This document shows positions 8,933-18,845 of a DNA stretch of 64,000 nt, one piece after another. A model generated the notes under the pieces. That model saw only the letters and a list, made by a program, of their open reading frames with translations. It had not been told where the DNA came from and did not search any database. Position numbers and translations under genes: made by a program. The stretch is from Candidatus Hydrogenedentota bacterium (GTDB lineage Bacteria; Hydrogenedentota; Hydrogenedentia; Hydrogenedentales; SLHB01), in NCBI GenBank assembly GCA_045863335.1, contig BTVY01000021.1, positions 32,001-96,000 of the forward strand, read 5' to 3'. Within the stretch, counting starts at the first letter, position 1; each line of letters begins with the position of its first letter.

Positions 8933-9463
8933 CTATCGCTCTGAAATCGCGATCTCGAAGGGGACGCTGAGCATTTTCTGTTGCGTGTAGTCGTGCATGG
9001 GACCGTGGCGGCCGACGTGGCCGGGGCGGTAGTTGAAGTTCACGTCGACTTTCCCCTTGAGAACGCCCGGGCCGAGCAGGCCCTCACCGGCGAAGCCGCT
9101 CAGGGGAACGGTCACGTAGATCGTTTCGGACCATGGGAAAGTCATATGGTTGTAACCCCACACGCCGACGAAGCGACGCGCTTCGCGTTCGAGGATCGGT
9201 GTGGGATTAAAGAGGCCTTCGGGACCGTGCGCGGTAGAACCGTGGTAGTCGGTGTAGAAGCGGACCATGTAGACGTCCACGTTGGAATGCCACGCGGAGA
9301 TGGTGATGGGGATTTGGATGTCCTGACCGAGCACGGCGCTCGGCGGAATCTCCGCCTCGACCTCGGGCTCCGGCCAGGCGATAGGCAGCATGAAGAGATA
9401 CAGGAACAGGACTGCCAACACGCCCGCGACGATGTGTTTTGGCTCCAGCGATGAAAAATTCAT
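8933..9463 (-). CDS. Hypothetical membrane-anchored protein
   Basis: N-terminal TM helix and beta-rich soluble part; GAGG SD; follows the hydrolase gene closely. Confidence 0.7.
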   Translation of the reverse strand: MNFSSLEPKHIVAGVLAVLFLYLFMLPIAWPEPEVEAEIPPSAVLGQDIQIPITISAWHSNVDVYMVRFYTDYHGSTAHGPEGLFNPTPILEREARRFVGVWGYNHMTFPWSETIYVTVPLSGFAGEGLLGPGVLKGKVDVNFNYRPGHVGRHGPMHDYTQQKMLSVPFEIAISER

Positions 9464-9475
9464 CCTGCACCTCGA

Positions 9476-10576
9476 TTACTCTTGCAGATAGGGCCGCACG
9501 AAATCGTAGGCCTGATCCCCTTTGAACTCGTGTACGCCATCGAAGGCCTCGAATACAAACTGGTCCGGCACGCCGAGCTTCTCCCAATAGACCTTCGCGC
9601 GCTCGGCTTCGGCGCGGGCGCCTTCGATGGTGAAGAGTTCGTCCTTCACGCCGACTTCGATGAGGAACGGCCGCGGCGCGATCAGAGCGCACAACTCGGC
9701 ATCGGCGAATTCGTTGAGGAAGTTGAAGTAGGACCAGTCGGACCAGGGATAGCGTGCGCGTTCGTTGAAGTAGCACGAACTGACGGCCGCCTTGATGCGC
9801 GTATCGAGGGCGGTGGCGTAGAGTGTGTAGCAGCCGCCGTAGGAGAGGCCCATCATGCCAACGCGGTCGCCGTCGACCTCCGGGCGCTTGACAATCTCGT
9901 CGACTGCGCGCGCGATTTTGTAGAGTTCCAGCGCGAGGATGGACGTGCCCACGTAGCGGAGTTGCCGATCCAATTCGCGGCGGTCCGGCCCTTCGATCTC
10001 CTCCGTGTTGCGATGGGGAAAAATCAGCGCGGGCGCGTAGGTGACGTAGCCCTCTTCCAATGCGCGCTGCACCATCCAGCCGTAGTTCCCCGACCCGATG
10101 CCGGGGATCATGCCTTGCAGCAGTTCCGGGTTGCCGCTGCCGCCGTGCTGGCAGATTAGCAATGGCGCGGGCGCTTCCAGCTTATGCGGGATCGAGAGAA
10201 TGCCGTAAGCGTCGACGCCTTCGACGACTTCGAGCCACATGCGGTAGATGCTCGCGTACGCATCGTCGCCCACGTGTTCCAGGCGCGGCTCGGCAGTTAC
10301 CGCGTGCGGCGGAGGATAACCGATACGCGCACGGACGTGATCCCGAAGTTTCTCTTGCGAGGCCGCGTACGCTTCAGGACTGCTGAAGTCCAGTTGAAAG
10401 AACGCGTCGCGGTCGGCAGTGGATTCGGACTTCAGGCGCTCGAGGTACGCGCCGATCTGATTGTATTGTTCCTGGCGGTTGTCGTGGGTGTCTTCAATGG
10501 GTTCCTGGTACCGATCAGGAAAGGGTTCGGCGTTGGCTGCGGCCAAAGCGATTGCCAAAATGGCGGTTAGTGACAT
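9476..10576 (-). CDS. Secreted alpha/beta hydrolase (dienelactone hydrolase / acetylxylan esterase-like)
   Basis: CQHGG, GMMGLSYGG nucleophile elbow, LIAPRP, FDGVH. Confidence 0.85.
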   Translation of the reverse strand: MSLTAILAIALAAANAEPFPDRYQEPIEDTHDNRQEQYNQIGAYLERLKSESTADRDAFFQLDFSSPEAYAASQEKLRDHVRARIGYPPPHAVTAEPRLEHVGDDAYASIYRMWLEVVEGVDAYGILSIPHKLEAPAPLLICQHGGSGNPELLQGMIPGIGSGNYGWMVQRALEEGYVTYAPALIFPHRNTEEIEGPDRRELDRQLRYVGTSILALELYKIARAVDEIVKRPEVDGDRVGMMGLSYGGCYTLYATALDTRIKAAVSSCYFNERARYPWSDWSYFNFLNEFADAELCALIAPRPFLIEVGVKDELFTIEGARAEAERAKVYWEKLGVPDQFVFEAFDGVHEFKGDQAYDFVRPYLQE

Positions 10577-10602
10577 CTGTTGGAAGCTCCCAGAATTGAA
10601 CG

Positions 10603-10667
10603 AGGGACATCAGAGACAACAGGGACAACAGGGACAACCGCGACTGCAATCCGCAATCCGCAATCCG
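10603..10667. repeat. Short tandem repeats (AGGGACAAC 9-mer; GCAATCC 7-mer)
   Basis: agggacatc agagacaac agggacaac agggacaac ... gcaatccgcaatccgcaatcc in the intergenic gap. Confidence 0.8.
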
Positions 10668-11726
10668 TTATACCACCGGGAACTCCTGCACGCGTTCGGT
10701 CTGATAGGCACGCGCTGAGAAGTCGGCGAGGAGCATTCGATCTTCGTTGGTGAACGTAAGGTCGCCTTGCAGGATCGCGATGTTCCGGTCCACGTCGCCG
10801 GGGTACGAGACGCCGATGTTCAGCATCGAAATGCGCTCGTCCTGCATGACCCAGCGAAAACAGGCCGTCGGAAGTTTCGCGATGGCCGCCGAGTCGTAAT
10901 CGGGCACGACGTTCGGTGCGTTGTGGTTGAAGATCCACGCGCCGAGCACTTTCATGGCGACGATGCCCATGTCCAATTCGTGGGCGCGGGCGACGCAGGC
11001 TTCCCGCCATTCCATGGAGGTGTCGGAGTGGCGCGTGTTGTAGCCCTTCCGGAAATAACCGTATTCGATGAGCACCTGATCGAAGGCCCCGGTGTCGATC
11101 AGCTTGTACATCTCTTCGAAGGCGTTGTGGCCCGTGATTCCGATGAATTGAATCAATCCCTCGTCGCGGAGTTTGACCAGTTCCTCGTAGAGTTTCATGG
11201 ACCCTTCGTACTTCAGGCGCTCAATGGACGGGCCGTGGATCTGCATGCAGTCAATGCGATCAATTTGGAGCGTCTCCAGCGACGTCTCCACACTGGGCCG
11301 CACCTCCTCGGGCGCGCCGACCAACACCTTCGACGCCAGGTAAAGCTGATCCGCCACGTCGTGAAGCGCCTCGCCCATGACCTGCTCGCTCTCCCGATAG
11401 ATGCGGGCATTGTCGAAGTACCGGATGCCTTTGTCGAAGGCGTCACGCACCATCTTCACACGGTCCTCAAAAGACGGCGGATCGTCGAGCCCGTAGTACG
11501 CGTATTCTTTTTCCATCATGGCCGAGCCGCCATGGCCGAGCACGGGGAAGCTGTAACCCGTCTTGCCGAATTTGCGGACGGGAATCTTCAGGTCGGAGGT
11601 GATGGGTTTGGTTCCGGCGCTTTGCGCGCGGGCCGTCCCCGCGCCGAGGGCGGATGCAGCGGCCGCCACGCCAATACCCGTCTTCATGAATCCCCGTCGA
11701 TCGATGTCGTTCTGCGCGTGAGCCAT
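10668..11726 (-). CDS. Aldo/keto reductase with Tat signal
   Basis: DRRGFMK twin-arginine; RKFGKTG, GIRYFDNARIY, LASK, IGITGH, MGIVAMKVLG. Confidence 0.88.
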   Translation of the reverse strand: MAHAQNDIDRRGFMKTGIGVAAAASALGAGTARAQSAGTKPITSDLKIPVRKFGKTGYSFPVLGHGGSAMMEKEYAYYGLDDPPSFEDRVKMVRDAFDKGIRYFDNARIYRESEQVMGEALHDVADQLYLASKVLVGAPEEVRPSVETSLETLQIDRIDCMQIHGPSIERLKYEGSMKLYEELVKLRDEGLIQFIGITGHNAFEEMYKLIDTGAFDQVLIEYGYFRKGYNTRHSDTSMEWREACVARAHELDMGIVAMKVLGAWIFNHNAPNVVPDYDSAAIAKLPTACFRWVMQDERISMLNIGVSYPGDVDRNIAILQGDLTFTNEDRMLLADFSARAYQTERVQEFPVV

Positions 11727-11844
11727 GGATGCTCTCCCTTGTGCCGTGACCAGTCCGAGTATGAGGAACCATGGTCGCATGGACCGGACGGATTTGCAAC
11801 TTGCGGACCTACACGGACAGACATGACCTCTTTTTGTGGTTCAT

Positions 11845-14199
11845 TCAGAATCTGGGCAGATGTTTCAGGCCGTAAAAGTTGCGGTCTTGATCAGTCCGCT
11901 CAAATTTGGGTGGTGCGAGCATATCGGCCGTCGTGTTGCTGCCTTCGCGCGTCAGGAAATAGCGGCCACCTTTGTTGGTTTTGAACTGAATGATTGCACC
12001 ATCTAAAGACTGGGTTGGTTCATCAGAGTCCATTCGCGACACGGTCACCTTCGCATCCGGCCAGGGATTTGCTATCTCGCACGGCATTCCCGCTTCGGAC
12101 GCTATCACGGCGCCGACGACTTCGTCGTCTTCGAGCTTGGCCGTCACGACGAAGGCGCCTTCGGCCCGGAGATTCTCGAAGTAGGCGTCGTTCCAGCGAT
12201 CCGGCATGGTGGGGAACAGGCGAATTCGGCCACCCCAGGATTGCAGGAGCATTTCCATGGTCGCGGCAGCCGATCCGAAACCGGCTTCCAAAGTCATGGG
12301 CTCGTAGTCGAAGAGCGTGACGCCGAAGATGCGCGGGTCGCCATTCACGTGGAAGGTGTTCGGCTTGATGAATGCGTTCGCGTACATGTCGAGCATCTGC
12401 CACGCCATGTTGCCGTAGCCCGCGCGCGACGCGATGAGCGACATCCACGGATAGGCCCAGCCGGTCCATTCGCCCGTGCCTTTCACGCGAATCTCGTGGA
12501 GGGAATCGCGGATGATGGCGCGGTCCTCGTCGCTGCCGTCCAGGGTAATCAATCCCAGCGGATGGATCGCCATGAGGTGGGAATGGTGGCGGTGCGAGTG
12601 AGCCAGCGGCGTGTCCGCGCTGACGAGCAGGCGATTGCCGTTGCGCAGATAGGGCGTCAAGTTGGCCAACACCTCGTTTACACGGCCCGTCAACTCATCC
12701 TCGGTTCCAAGGATGGCATTGGATTCGAGAATTGCGTTTCCGAGAAATCGAATCAGGGCCAGATCGCAATTGGGGTCTTTCGTATACGCGCTGAATCCGC
12801 CTTCTCCGTACTCGGGCGAGTAGCTGAGCGGCACGTGCAGCTTCCCGTCGTCGCCGGGCTCGAGCAGGTTCGCATAGGTGAGGAAGCAGCCTTTCATCAT
12901 GGGCAGGGCCTGCACCCGAAGAAACGTCCCGTCCTGCGAGTACAGGAAGTGCAGCCAGTAGTGGTGCGCGAGCCAGGCCGCATTTCCCGGCCACAGCTCC
13001 ACGCCGGAATAGCCGTAGATGCGTTCGCCTTTGGGGCCAATCGCGCAGCCCGACCAGAGTCCGTCGAACCCGAAGAACTCCTGGCACTGTTCCTGCCATC
13101 GCGGGATGCACTCGGAGAATGCGCGATACAACGGCTCGCCCAATTCGAGCCGGTTGGCCGTGTAGATGGGCCAATAGGACTGCTGGACGTTCATGTCGAG
13201 ATGGTAGTCGCCGGCCCAGGGCGGCATGCCGCCGTCGAGCGTCCATAGCCCTTGCAGCGTGACCGGCAATCCACCCGGACGCGACGAACACGCGAGCTTG
13301 TACATCTCGATGTAGTAGAGCGCTTCAAAGCGCGCGTCGGGGATGGTGAGGTAGGAGCGCGTCCAGTAGTTTTCCCACCAGTTCACGTGCGCAATCTGAG
13401 CGACGTCGTCGAAGGATGCCAGCGCCGACTGCGCGGCGGCGAGGGGATCGGGCGCGTCGTTGGACGACATGATGGACAACAGAAACTGCACGCGATCACC
13501 GCTTACCTGCAATCGTTGCCAGGCCAGCGCATAAACCAGGCCTGCGGGAGTCCGTTGCACGAAGGACCCGCCGGACGCGTCCTCTGACACTTCGGGCTCT
13601 GGATAGCCCCAACGCTTGAGCGTCTCCTTCGCGCCGGCGTCGAGATGATCGAGGGAGACGCGAAACGTCGCGTTCGCGGCAGCGCCGCCTTCGAGCAGGA
13701 GGGACAAGACGTTTGATTCGGCATTCACTCGCGACGTCATCGCGGTCCGTTCATTGTCCACCGTCAGCCGTTGCGCGACCGTCGCATCGCGCAATCGCAA
13801 CCGCGCATCAATCCATTCCACGGCACCGCCGAAATCCACCTCCAGGCGCGGCATGGGGAGACGCGTGGGATGCGGATCGTCGCCGTAGATGGCTTCGGTC
13901 CGCATGATCTGTTCGGCTTCTTTCCGCTGAGCCGTTTCGACCAATTCGCGGAGTCGCGCATAGGTGATGCCGTCTAGCGGTTTCTCGCGCGTTTCCCATG
14001 CATCGTATTTATCGAGAGTGATCTTCAGCGGCGCGCCGTCGCCCCAGATCATGGCGCCCATGTGGCCGTTGGCGAGGGGTATCCCTTCCAACCAACGCAC
14101 GGGCGCTTTCTCCCAGACGGGATCGTGCTGATCCAGAAACGAAACCGGCGGCATCGCCGCGGACGCGATGACAATCAAGGATGCGAGCGCTGTGGACAT
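11845..14199 (-). CDS. Glycoside hydrolase family 95 (alpha-L-fucosidase-like)
   Basis: WLEGIPLANGHMGAMIWG, LQGLW, WAGDYHLDMNVQQSYWP, HRHHSHL, EMLLQS, LRAEGAFVVT; GGGGAG SD before ATG 14199. Confidence 0.88.
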   Translation of the reverse strand: MSTALASLIVIASAAMPPVSFLDQHDPVWEKAPVRWLEGIPLANGHMGAMIWGDGAPLKITLDKYDAWETREKPLDGITYARLRELVETAQRKEAEQIMRTEAIYGDDPHPTRLPMPRLEVDFGGAVEWIDARLRLRDATVAQRLTVDNERTAMTSRVNAESNVLSLLLEGGAAANATFRVSLDHLDAGAKETLKRWGYPEPEVSEDASGGSFVQRTPAGLVYALAWQRLQVSGDRVQFLLSIMSSNDAPDPLAAAQSALASFDDVAQIAHVNWWENYWTRSYLTIPDARFEALYYIEMYKLACSSRPGGLPVTLQGLWTLDGGMPPWAGDYHLDMNVQQSYWPIYTANRLELGEPLYRAFSECIPRWQEQCQEFFGFDGLWSGCAIGPKGERIYGYSGVELWPGNAAWLAHHYWLHFLYSQDGTFLRVQALPMMKGCFLTYANLLEPGDDGKLHVPLSYSPEYGEGGFSAYTKDPNCDLALIRFLGNAILESNAILGTEDELTGRVNEVLANLTPYLRNGNRLLVSADTPLAHSHRHHSHLMAIHPLGLITLDGSDEDRAIIRDSLHEIRVKGTGEWTGWAYPWMSLIASRAGYGNMAWQMLDMYANAFIKPNTFHVNGDPRIFGVTLFDYEPMTLEAGFGSAAATMEMLLQSWGGRIRLFPTMPDRWNDAYFENLRAEGAFVVTAKLEDDEVVGAVIASEAGMPCEIANPWPDAKVTVSRMDSDEPTQSLDGAIIQFKTNKGGRYFLTREGSNTTADMLAPPKFERTDQDRNFYGLKHLPRF

Positions 14200-14262
14200 G
14201 GGTACTCCCCCCTCTGATTCTTTCCGCGTATCGTACCCGGTATTTGAACCAAGATCGAGGCA

Positions 14263-14329
14263 TGTAGCGCAGGCGTCCCCGCCTGCAAGTTTGAGAATCA
14301 GAGATGCAGGCGGGGACGCCTGCGCTACA
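14263..14329. repeat. REP inverted pair (GTAG-type)
   Basis: tgtagcgcaggcgtccccgcctgca ... tgcaggcggggacgcctgcgctaca. Confidence 0.85.
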
Positions 14330-14353
14330 GGTGCGGATCGTTTGAATTCGAGA

Positions 14354-16120
14354 CTACTGCTTCCCTCGCAGGTGGGGTTCGACGTAGGTACGCCATTCGT
14401 CGGAATCTTTCGGCACGTACGAAACGTGCCAGTCGAGGTACAGGACATTGCGTCCCGGTTCGGGTCCTGGGAAGTCCGTACGATTCAGCAGGATCGGAAT
14501 CTCCGACGCGATCGCGTCGGCGGTTGCGCGATCGTTTTGCCAGATGTCCGGGTCGCCGGCGCGCTGCGCGACGAGATCATGAACCTGCGTACCGGGATAC
14601 AAATACAAGTACGAGTTCGTTCCGGGATCGTCCTTCGGGCTCGTCAGCACGGACGGATCGGTCATGTACTCCGGATACACGGAAATCCAACCGCCCGGCG
14701 TGTAGTTCTCGTGCTCGTTCTGGAACATTTGGATGATAATGCGAAGTTGCTGGAGATTCTTCTGGTCCTGTGTGATCCAGGCGTTGAGCGTGCCTTCGTC
14801 GGGCACGGTGTCGTTGGCGCGCCGGCCTTCCTGGTGTACCTGTTCGTGGAGATCGCCGCGCGCGGTGACGGTGTAGGTGACGCTGGGGTCGGTAAATTCG
14901 ACGGTCAGAATCGTGGACGGCTCCAACCACTCGTCTCCTCCATACTGTGCGCGAAGCACTTCGTCGTACGCAGCAAAGCGTTCACCGAGGGGCAGGTACT
15001 GGCGGAATGTATCGAAGCGCGGGGCCTCCGCCAGATTCGGTACGGCGATCCGGTGTTGGCCATCGTAGGTGACCCGGCGCTCCTCGTTCGTGGTGTACGG
15101 TGTGGACCGACTCAACTCGCCCGCCATCAGCATGTCGAGAGTTGATGGAAACAGCCCCCCGTGATCGCGGGCGTAGCTCATCAACGCGTTGCGAATCTGC
15201 TCCACTTCCTGTTTGCGTTCGCGCAACCTGGCCAGGATGGTCTCTTCATCTTCAGGAACTTTCGTGAACCGCAGTTCCAACGACTCCGGGTCGACCCCGT
15301 CGCCGAAGGGGGTTGCGCCGTCGAACCTCATGACGACGTAATCCTGCGACCAGGCCAGTTCGCCGCGCATCACGAACAAGCCGTCGCCTTCCTTGAACTG
15401 AAGCATCAGTTCGCGCTCGTCCAGGGTGCCGGTGGCGAACGTGCCGCCGCGTTCGTCCGTGACTTCGACGCGGTCGCCGTCCTGATGAAAGGTCAGGAGA
15501 TCGCCGTAGTCTTCAACTGACCCGTCCATGGCCAGCACGGCCTTCCACAATCCATCGATACTGCGCGGGAGCTGCGCTTCCATCGAGAATGGCCCCAGGG
15601 TCAGGCGGATGGACTCGCCGTCATGGTCAAGCACGACTTCCTTTTCGTACACCTCCGTCAACGTGACGTCTTGTTTGACCACGTCGCCCACACGATAGAC
15701 TTTCTGCTTGCCAGAAACCGTATCGCGAAGCACCGCGGCCGGCGACCCACCGAGAACCGTGCCTGCAAGGGCAAGGTTGAGCGGTTCCGGCTCGGGTTCT
15801 GGCGCGGATATTGGAGACGCTTCCTCCTGGTCATCGATGGCCTCGGCCGCAGGCTCCGGCGGCAGGTCTGGCGACGGCTCCAGTTCGCCGGCCGAAACCG
15901 TGGGAGTCGTCGGGGCCTGGGTTGGACGCAGGAAATAGAACGTCGACAGGCTGGCAAGCACCACGAGCAGAATCACTCCGATCGCAACGGCCAAAAGCGC
16001 TCGTCGCGGCTCGTGACGTGCAGGCGCGTCCGCGGGCGCGTCTCCGGCGACCGGGTGCTCCCCGTGAGGTTCTCCGTCGTTCTCACGTGGAGAAGTCTGC
16101 TCGTTGCCGCGTTCAGTCAT
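14354..16120 (-). CDS. Membrane-anchored multidomain protein: T2SS GspC-like domain plus pilin/DUF1559-like C-terminal domain
   Basis: TM and Pro-rich linker; LALAGTVLGGSPAAVLRD..KQKVYRVGD..LTEVYEKEVVLDHDG (GspC HR-like); QKNLQQLRIIIQMFQNE..VYPEYMTD..GRNVLYLDWHV. Confidence 0.65.
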   Translation of the reverse strand: MTERGNEQTSPRENDGEPHGEHPVAGDAPADAPARHEPRRALLAVAIGVILLVVLASLSTFYFLRPTQAPTTPTVSAGELEPSPDLPPEPAAEAIDDQEEASPISAPEPEPEPLNLALAGTVLGGSPAAVLRDTVSGKQKVYRVGDVVKQDVTLTEVYEKEVVLDHDGESIRLTLGPFSMEAQLPRSIDGLWKAVLAMDGSVEDYGDLLTFHQDGDRVEVTDERGGTFATGTLDERELMLQFKEGDGLFVMRGELAWSQDYVVMRFDGATPFGDGVDPESLELRFTKVPEDEETILARLRERKQEVEQIRNALMSYARDHGGLFPSTLDMLMAGELSRSTPYTTNEERRVTYDGQHRIAVPNLAEAPRFDTFRQYLPLGERFAAYDEVLRAQYGGDEWLEPSTILTVEFTDPSVTYTVTARGDLHEQVHQEGRRANDTVPDEGTLNAWITQDQKNLQQLRIIIQMFQNEHENYTPGGWISVYPEYMTDPSVLTSPKDDPGTNSYLYLYPGTQVHDLVAQRAGDPDIWQNDRATADAIASEIPILLNRTDFPGPEPGRNVLYLDWHVSYVPKDSDEWRTYVEPHLRGKQ

Positions 16121-16349
16121 TGGCGCTGTCCTCGCTCAGTCGCGCTTTCCACAAATGCAGGTTCATTCTATTGGAACAGAAAACGCCAGGAAAGCACGCA
16201 ATGATGACGCTTCGGACAGTTGCGCGAAGATTGGTGAAGGGATGGCGCCCTGCAAGATCGTCTGCCGGAATTGCATAGCGCAGGTAAACGCGCTACGATT
16301 CCCGGGAAGGGGCTCGTATCGCCGGCCCCGGGGTTTAAGGCGGGAGACC

Positions 16350-18227
16350 ATGACCAAGGTCAAGTGTCCAAAATGCGGGGCGACGAATCCCAGCGACGAA
16401 TCGAAGTGCGGCCGTTGCGGCGGCACGCTGCCGCAGGTTCGCGTCCAATCTGGAGACGTCGGGCAGCGTCCGGCCCCTCCGGGCAGACCCGGCCACCATA
16501 CCTTCCAGAAAGGCCAGGTCGTCGCCAACCGGTACACTATCCTTGACGTGATTGGCCGGGGCGGCATGGGCTGTATCTATAAGGTCTACGACAACACGCT
16601 GAAAGAGGAGGTCGCGTTAAAGACGCTCCTCCCGCAATACGTGCAGGACAAGCTGGTCGTCGATCGCTTCTTTAACGAGGCGCGCATCGCGCGGCAGTTG
16701 TCGCACCCGGGAATCGTGCGCGTGCACGACATCGGCCTGGCCGACGGCTCCGTCTACATTTCCATGGAGTTGCTGAAGGGCCAGTCGCTACGGTCCATGA
16801 TGGACAAGATGGGCCCGGGCCGCCGCATCCCCGTGAAGAGCACGCTGCAACTGATGATTCAGCTATGCACGGCGCTCGAGTACGCCCACCAGTTCACCGT
16901 GCACCGGGATATCAAGCCCGAGAACGTAATGGTCTTGCCGAACGGCACGGTCAAGCTCATGGATTTCGGCATCTCGAAGCTCATGAGCAACCAGAGCCTC
17001 ACGGCCACATCGGTGATCATGGGCACGCCCCACTACATGTCGCCGGAGCAGATCAAGGACAGCCGGAATGTCGATGCTCGTGCGGACGTGTACAGCATCG
17101 GCGTCATGCTTTACGAAATCCTCACCGGCAACTTGCCCACCGGCATTCCAAAGCCCGCGTCGCAGATCATCAAGGACCTTCCGCCGTCGCTCGATCCCAT
17201 CGTGGAGAAGTGCGTTGAACCGCAACCCATTAACCGCTACCAGAACGTTTCCGACCTCAAGCAGGCGCTCACGTCGATTCTGGAGATTGTTTCGGGCGGG
17301 AGCGTTGCGCCTGCGCCAAAGCCGGGCGGGTCAACCGCGGCCGCACAGGGGACTTCGGGACCGCGCAAGGTGGTTGGCATCGCACTCATCCTGATTGTCG
17401 CGGGGCTCACCGCCTTGGGCGTCTGGGGGCTCACCAGCCGGCGGACATTTCCCTTGCGGGAAGCCCAGGCGGCGGGGACTGAACCCGCGGAAATATCGCA
17501 GGCCGAGATTGACCGCGCACGATACCAGCGCACCGCGGAGTACCTCCGGTTGGCCGGAAACCGCACGCTGAGCCTTCAGGGATCCGAAGAGCTACAGCCC
17601 ATCCTCGAACGGGGAGCCGCCCTCGCCGAGGCGGCAACGCAGCTTGCCTCAGACGACGTCGTCCGGGCGAACCGGTTGGCGGAGCAGGCGCTGCAATGTT
17701 ATCTCGCCGTGTTGCCGCCGCGGCCCAATGACATGGTGTTCGTGGCGCCGGGCGATATCGATGAGGATGGCTTCTATATTGGCGCGGCTCCGGTGACAGT
17801 CGGGCAATTCTCGCAGTTCGCGTCCACGTCCGGCTGGGGCGATTATGGTTCGCTTTCGGCCGAAGCCGCTGCGCAACCCCTCACGAACGTGCCATTCTAC
17901 GCTGCGCTTGCCTATGCCACGGCCAACGATCTCGAATTGCCCACCGCGGCCCAGTGGGATCGCGCCTATCAACAGAGTCCGCAGACCATGGCATCCGGTT
18001 ACTACGAGTGGACCCGCACGGCGGCGCGCGGGAATGGAGAACAATCCATACCCGACTTCGGCGATCAAATCCTGTTGCGCGCGGCGTATGCCGACCAGGA
18101 TGGCAATCCGGTTTTGGATGGCGACCGCGTGCTGAACTTCGACGGGGCGGGCCCGCAAGTGGGATTCCGCTGTGTTCGACGAATCCCTACGAATCCTGAT
18201 TCCGTCGAGGCGCGGCTCCAGGATTGA
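16350..18227 (+). CDS. Hanks-type Ser/Thr kinase with N-terminal zinc ribbon, TM helix and C-terminal FGE/SUMF1-like domain
   Basis: CPKC..CGRC; IGRGGMG, VALK, HRDIKPEN, DFG, GTPHYMSPE; TM; LPTAAQW, YEWT, GFRCV. Confidence 0.9.
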   Translation: MTKVKCPKCGATNPSDESKCGRCGGTLPQVRVQSGDVGQRPAPPGRPGHHTFQKGQVVANRYTILDVIGRGGMGCIYKVYDNTLKEEVALKTLLPQYVQDKLVVDRFFNEARIARQLSHPGIVRVHDIGLADGSVYISMELLKGQSLRSMMDKMGPGRRIPVKSTLQLMIQLCTALEYAHQFTVHRDIKPENVMVLPNGTVKLMDFGISKLMSNQSLTATSVIMGTPHYMSPEQIKDSRNVDARADVYSIGVMLYEILTGNLPTGIPKPASQIIKDLPPSLDPIVEKCVEPQPINRYQNVSDLKQALTSILEIVSGGSVAPAPKPGGSTAAAQGTSGPRKVVGIALILIVAGLTALGVWGLTSRRTFPLREAQAAGTEPAEISQAEIDRARYQRTAEYLRLAGNRTLSLQGSEELQPILERGAALAEAATQLASDDVVRANRLAEQALQCYLAVLPPRPNDMVFVAPGDIDEDGFYIGAAPVTVGQFSQFASTSGWGDYGSLSAEAAAQPLTNVPFYAALAYATANDLELPTAAQWDRAYQQSPQTMASGYYEWTRTAARGNGEQSIPDFGDQILLRAAYADQDGNPVLDGDRVLNFDGAGPQVGFRCVRRIPTNPDSVEARLQD

Positions 18228-18324
18228 TCGCTTTGCTGCGATTTCGGTAGCGAATGCGTTGGCGGCATCTTAAACTCGGACAAACATTTAGACGTGTTAG
18301 CGAGAGAACTGCGCCGCATGGGGT

Positions 18325-18353
18325 TTGACACCCTCGTTATCAGCATTTACAAT
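18325..18353 (+). promoter_or_regulatory. Near-consensus sigma70 promoter
   Basis: TTGACA-17 bp-TACAAT upstream of the ORF at 18406. Confidence 0.75.
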
Positions 18354-18405
18354 AAGGTCAGTCCTCGGGAATCGCCCGAAACCAAGATAACCTCACGAGG
18401 CCGAT

Positions 18406-18843
18406 ATGCAAGTTTGTTCGTGCCCTCATTGCGGTACACCCCGCATCATTACATCGAAAGTTCCCAAAGATGTGGTCGTGGTCATGCCCTGCCCGAACTG
18501 CCGCGAATTGGTCGTGCTTTTCCGGAACAAGGCTATCGCGTTGAGCCGCAAGATCATGGAGCAAGGATCCTTCGAAGAGCGCAAGGACCACATTGCGGAG
18601 ATCATCACCGAGTTTTTCGAACCGGGCATGCTGGGTCTGCCTCCGTCTGAGAGTGGGGCCGGATTCGAACTCGACGACGACGATGTGGGGTCCGCGACCG
18701 AGGCATTCGACGGACTCTTCGCGAGCTCGTCGGATTCGACCACGGCGAAGGGGCCCATTAGCGAGAAAGAGGTCGAAGAGTTCGTGCGGCTCGATCTGCA
18801 TCGCATTGACGAGCCAAACTACTTCAAGAAATACTTCGGCTGA
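18406..18843 (+). CDS. Hypothetical zinc-ribbon protein
   Basis: CPHC..CPNC; GAGG SD; acidic linker. Confidence 0.75.
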   Translation: MQVCSCPHCGTPRIITSKVPKDVVVVMPCPNCRELVVLFRNKAIALSRKIMEQGSFEERKDHIAEIITEFFEPGMLGLPPSESGAGFELDDDDVGSATEAFDGLFASSSDSTTAKGPISEKEVEEFVRLDLHRIDEPNYFKKYFG

Positions 18844-18845
18844 TT

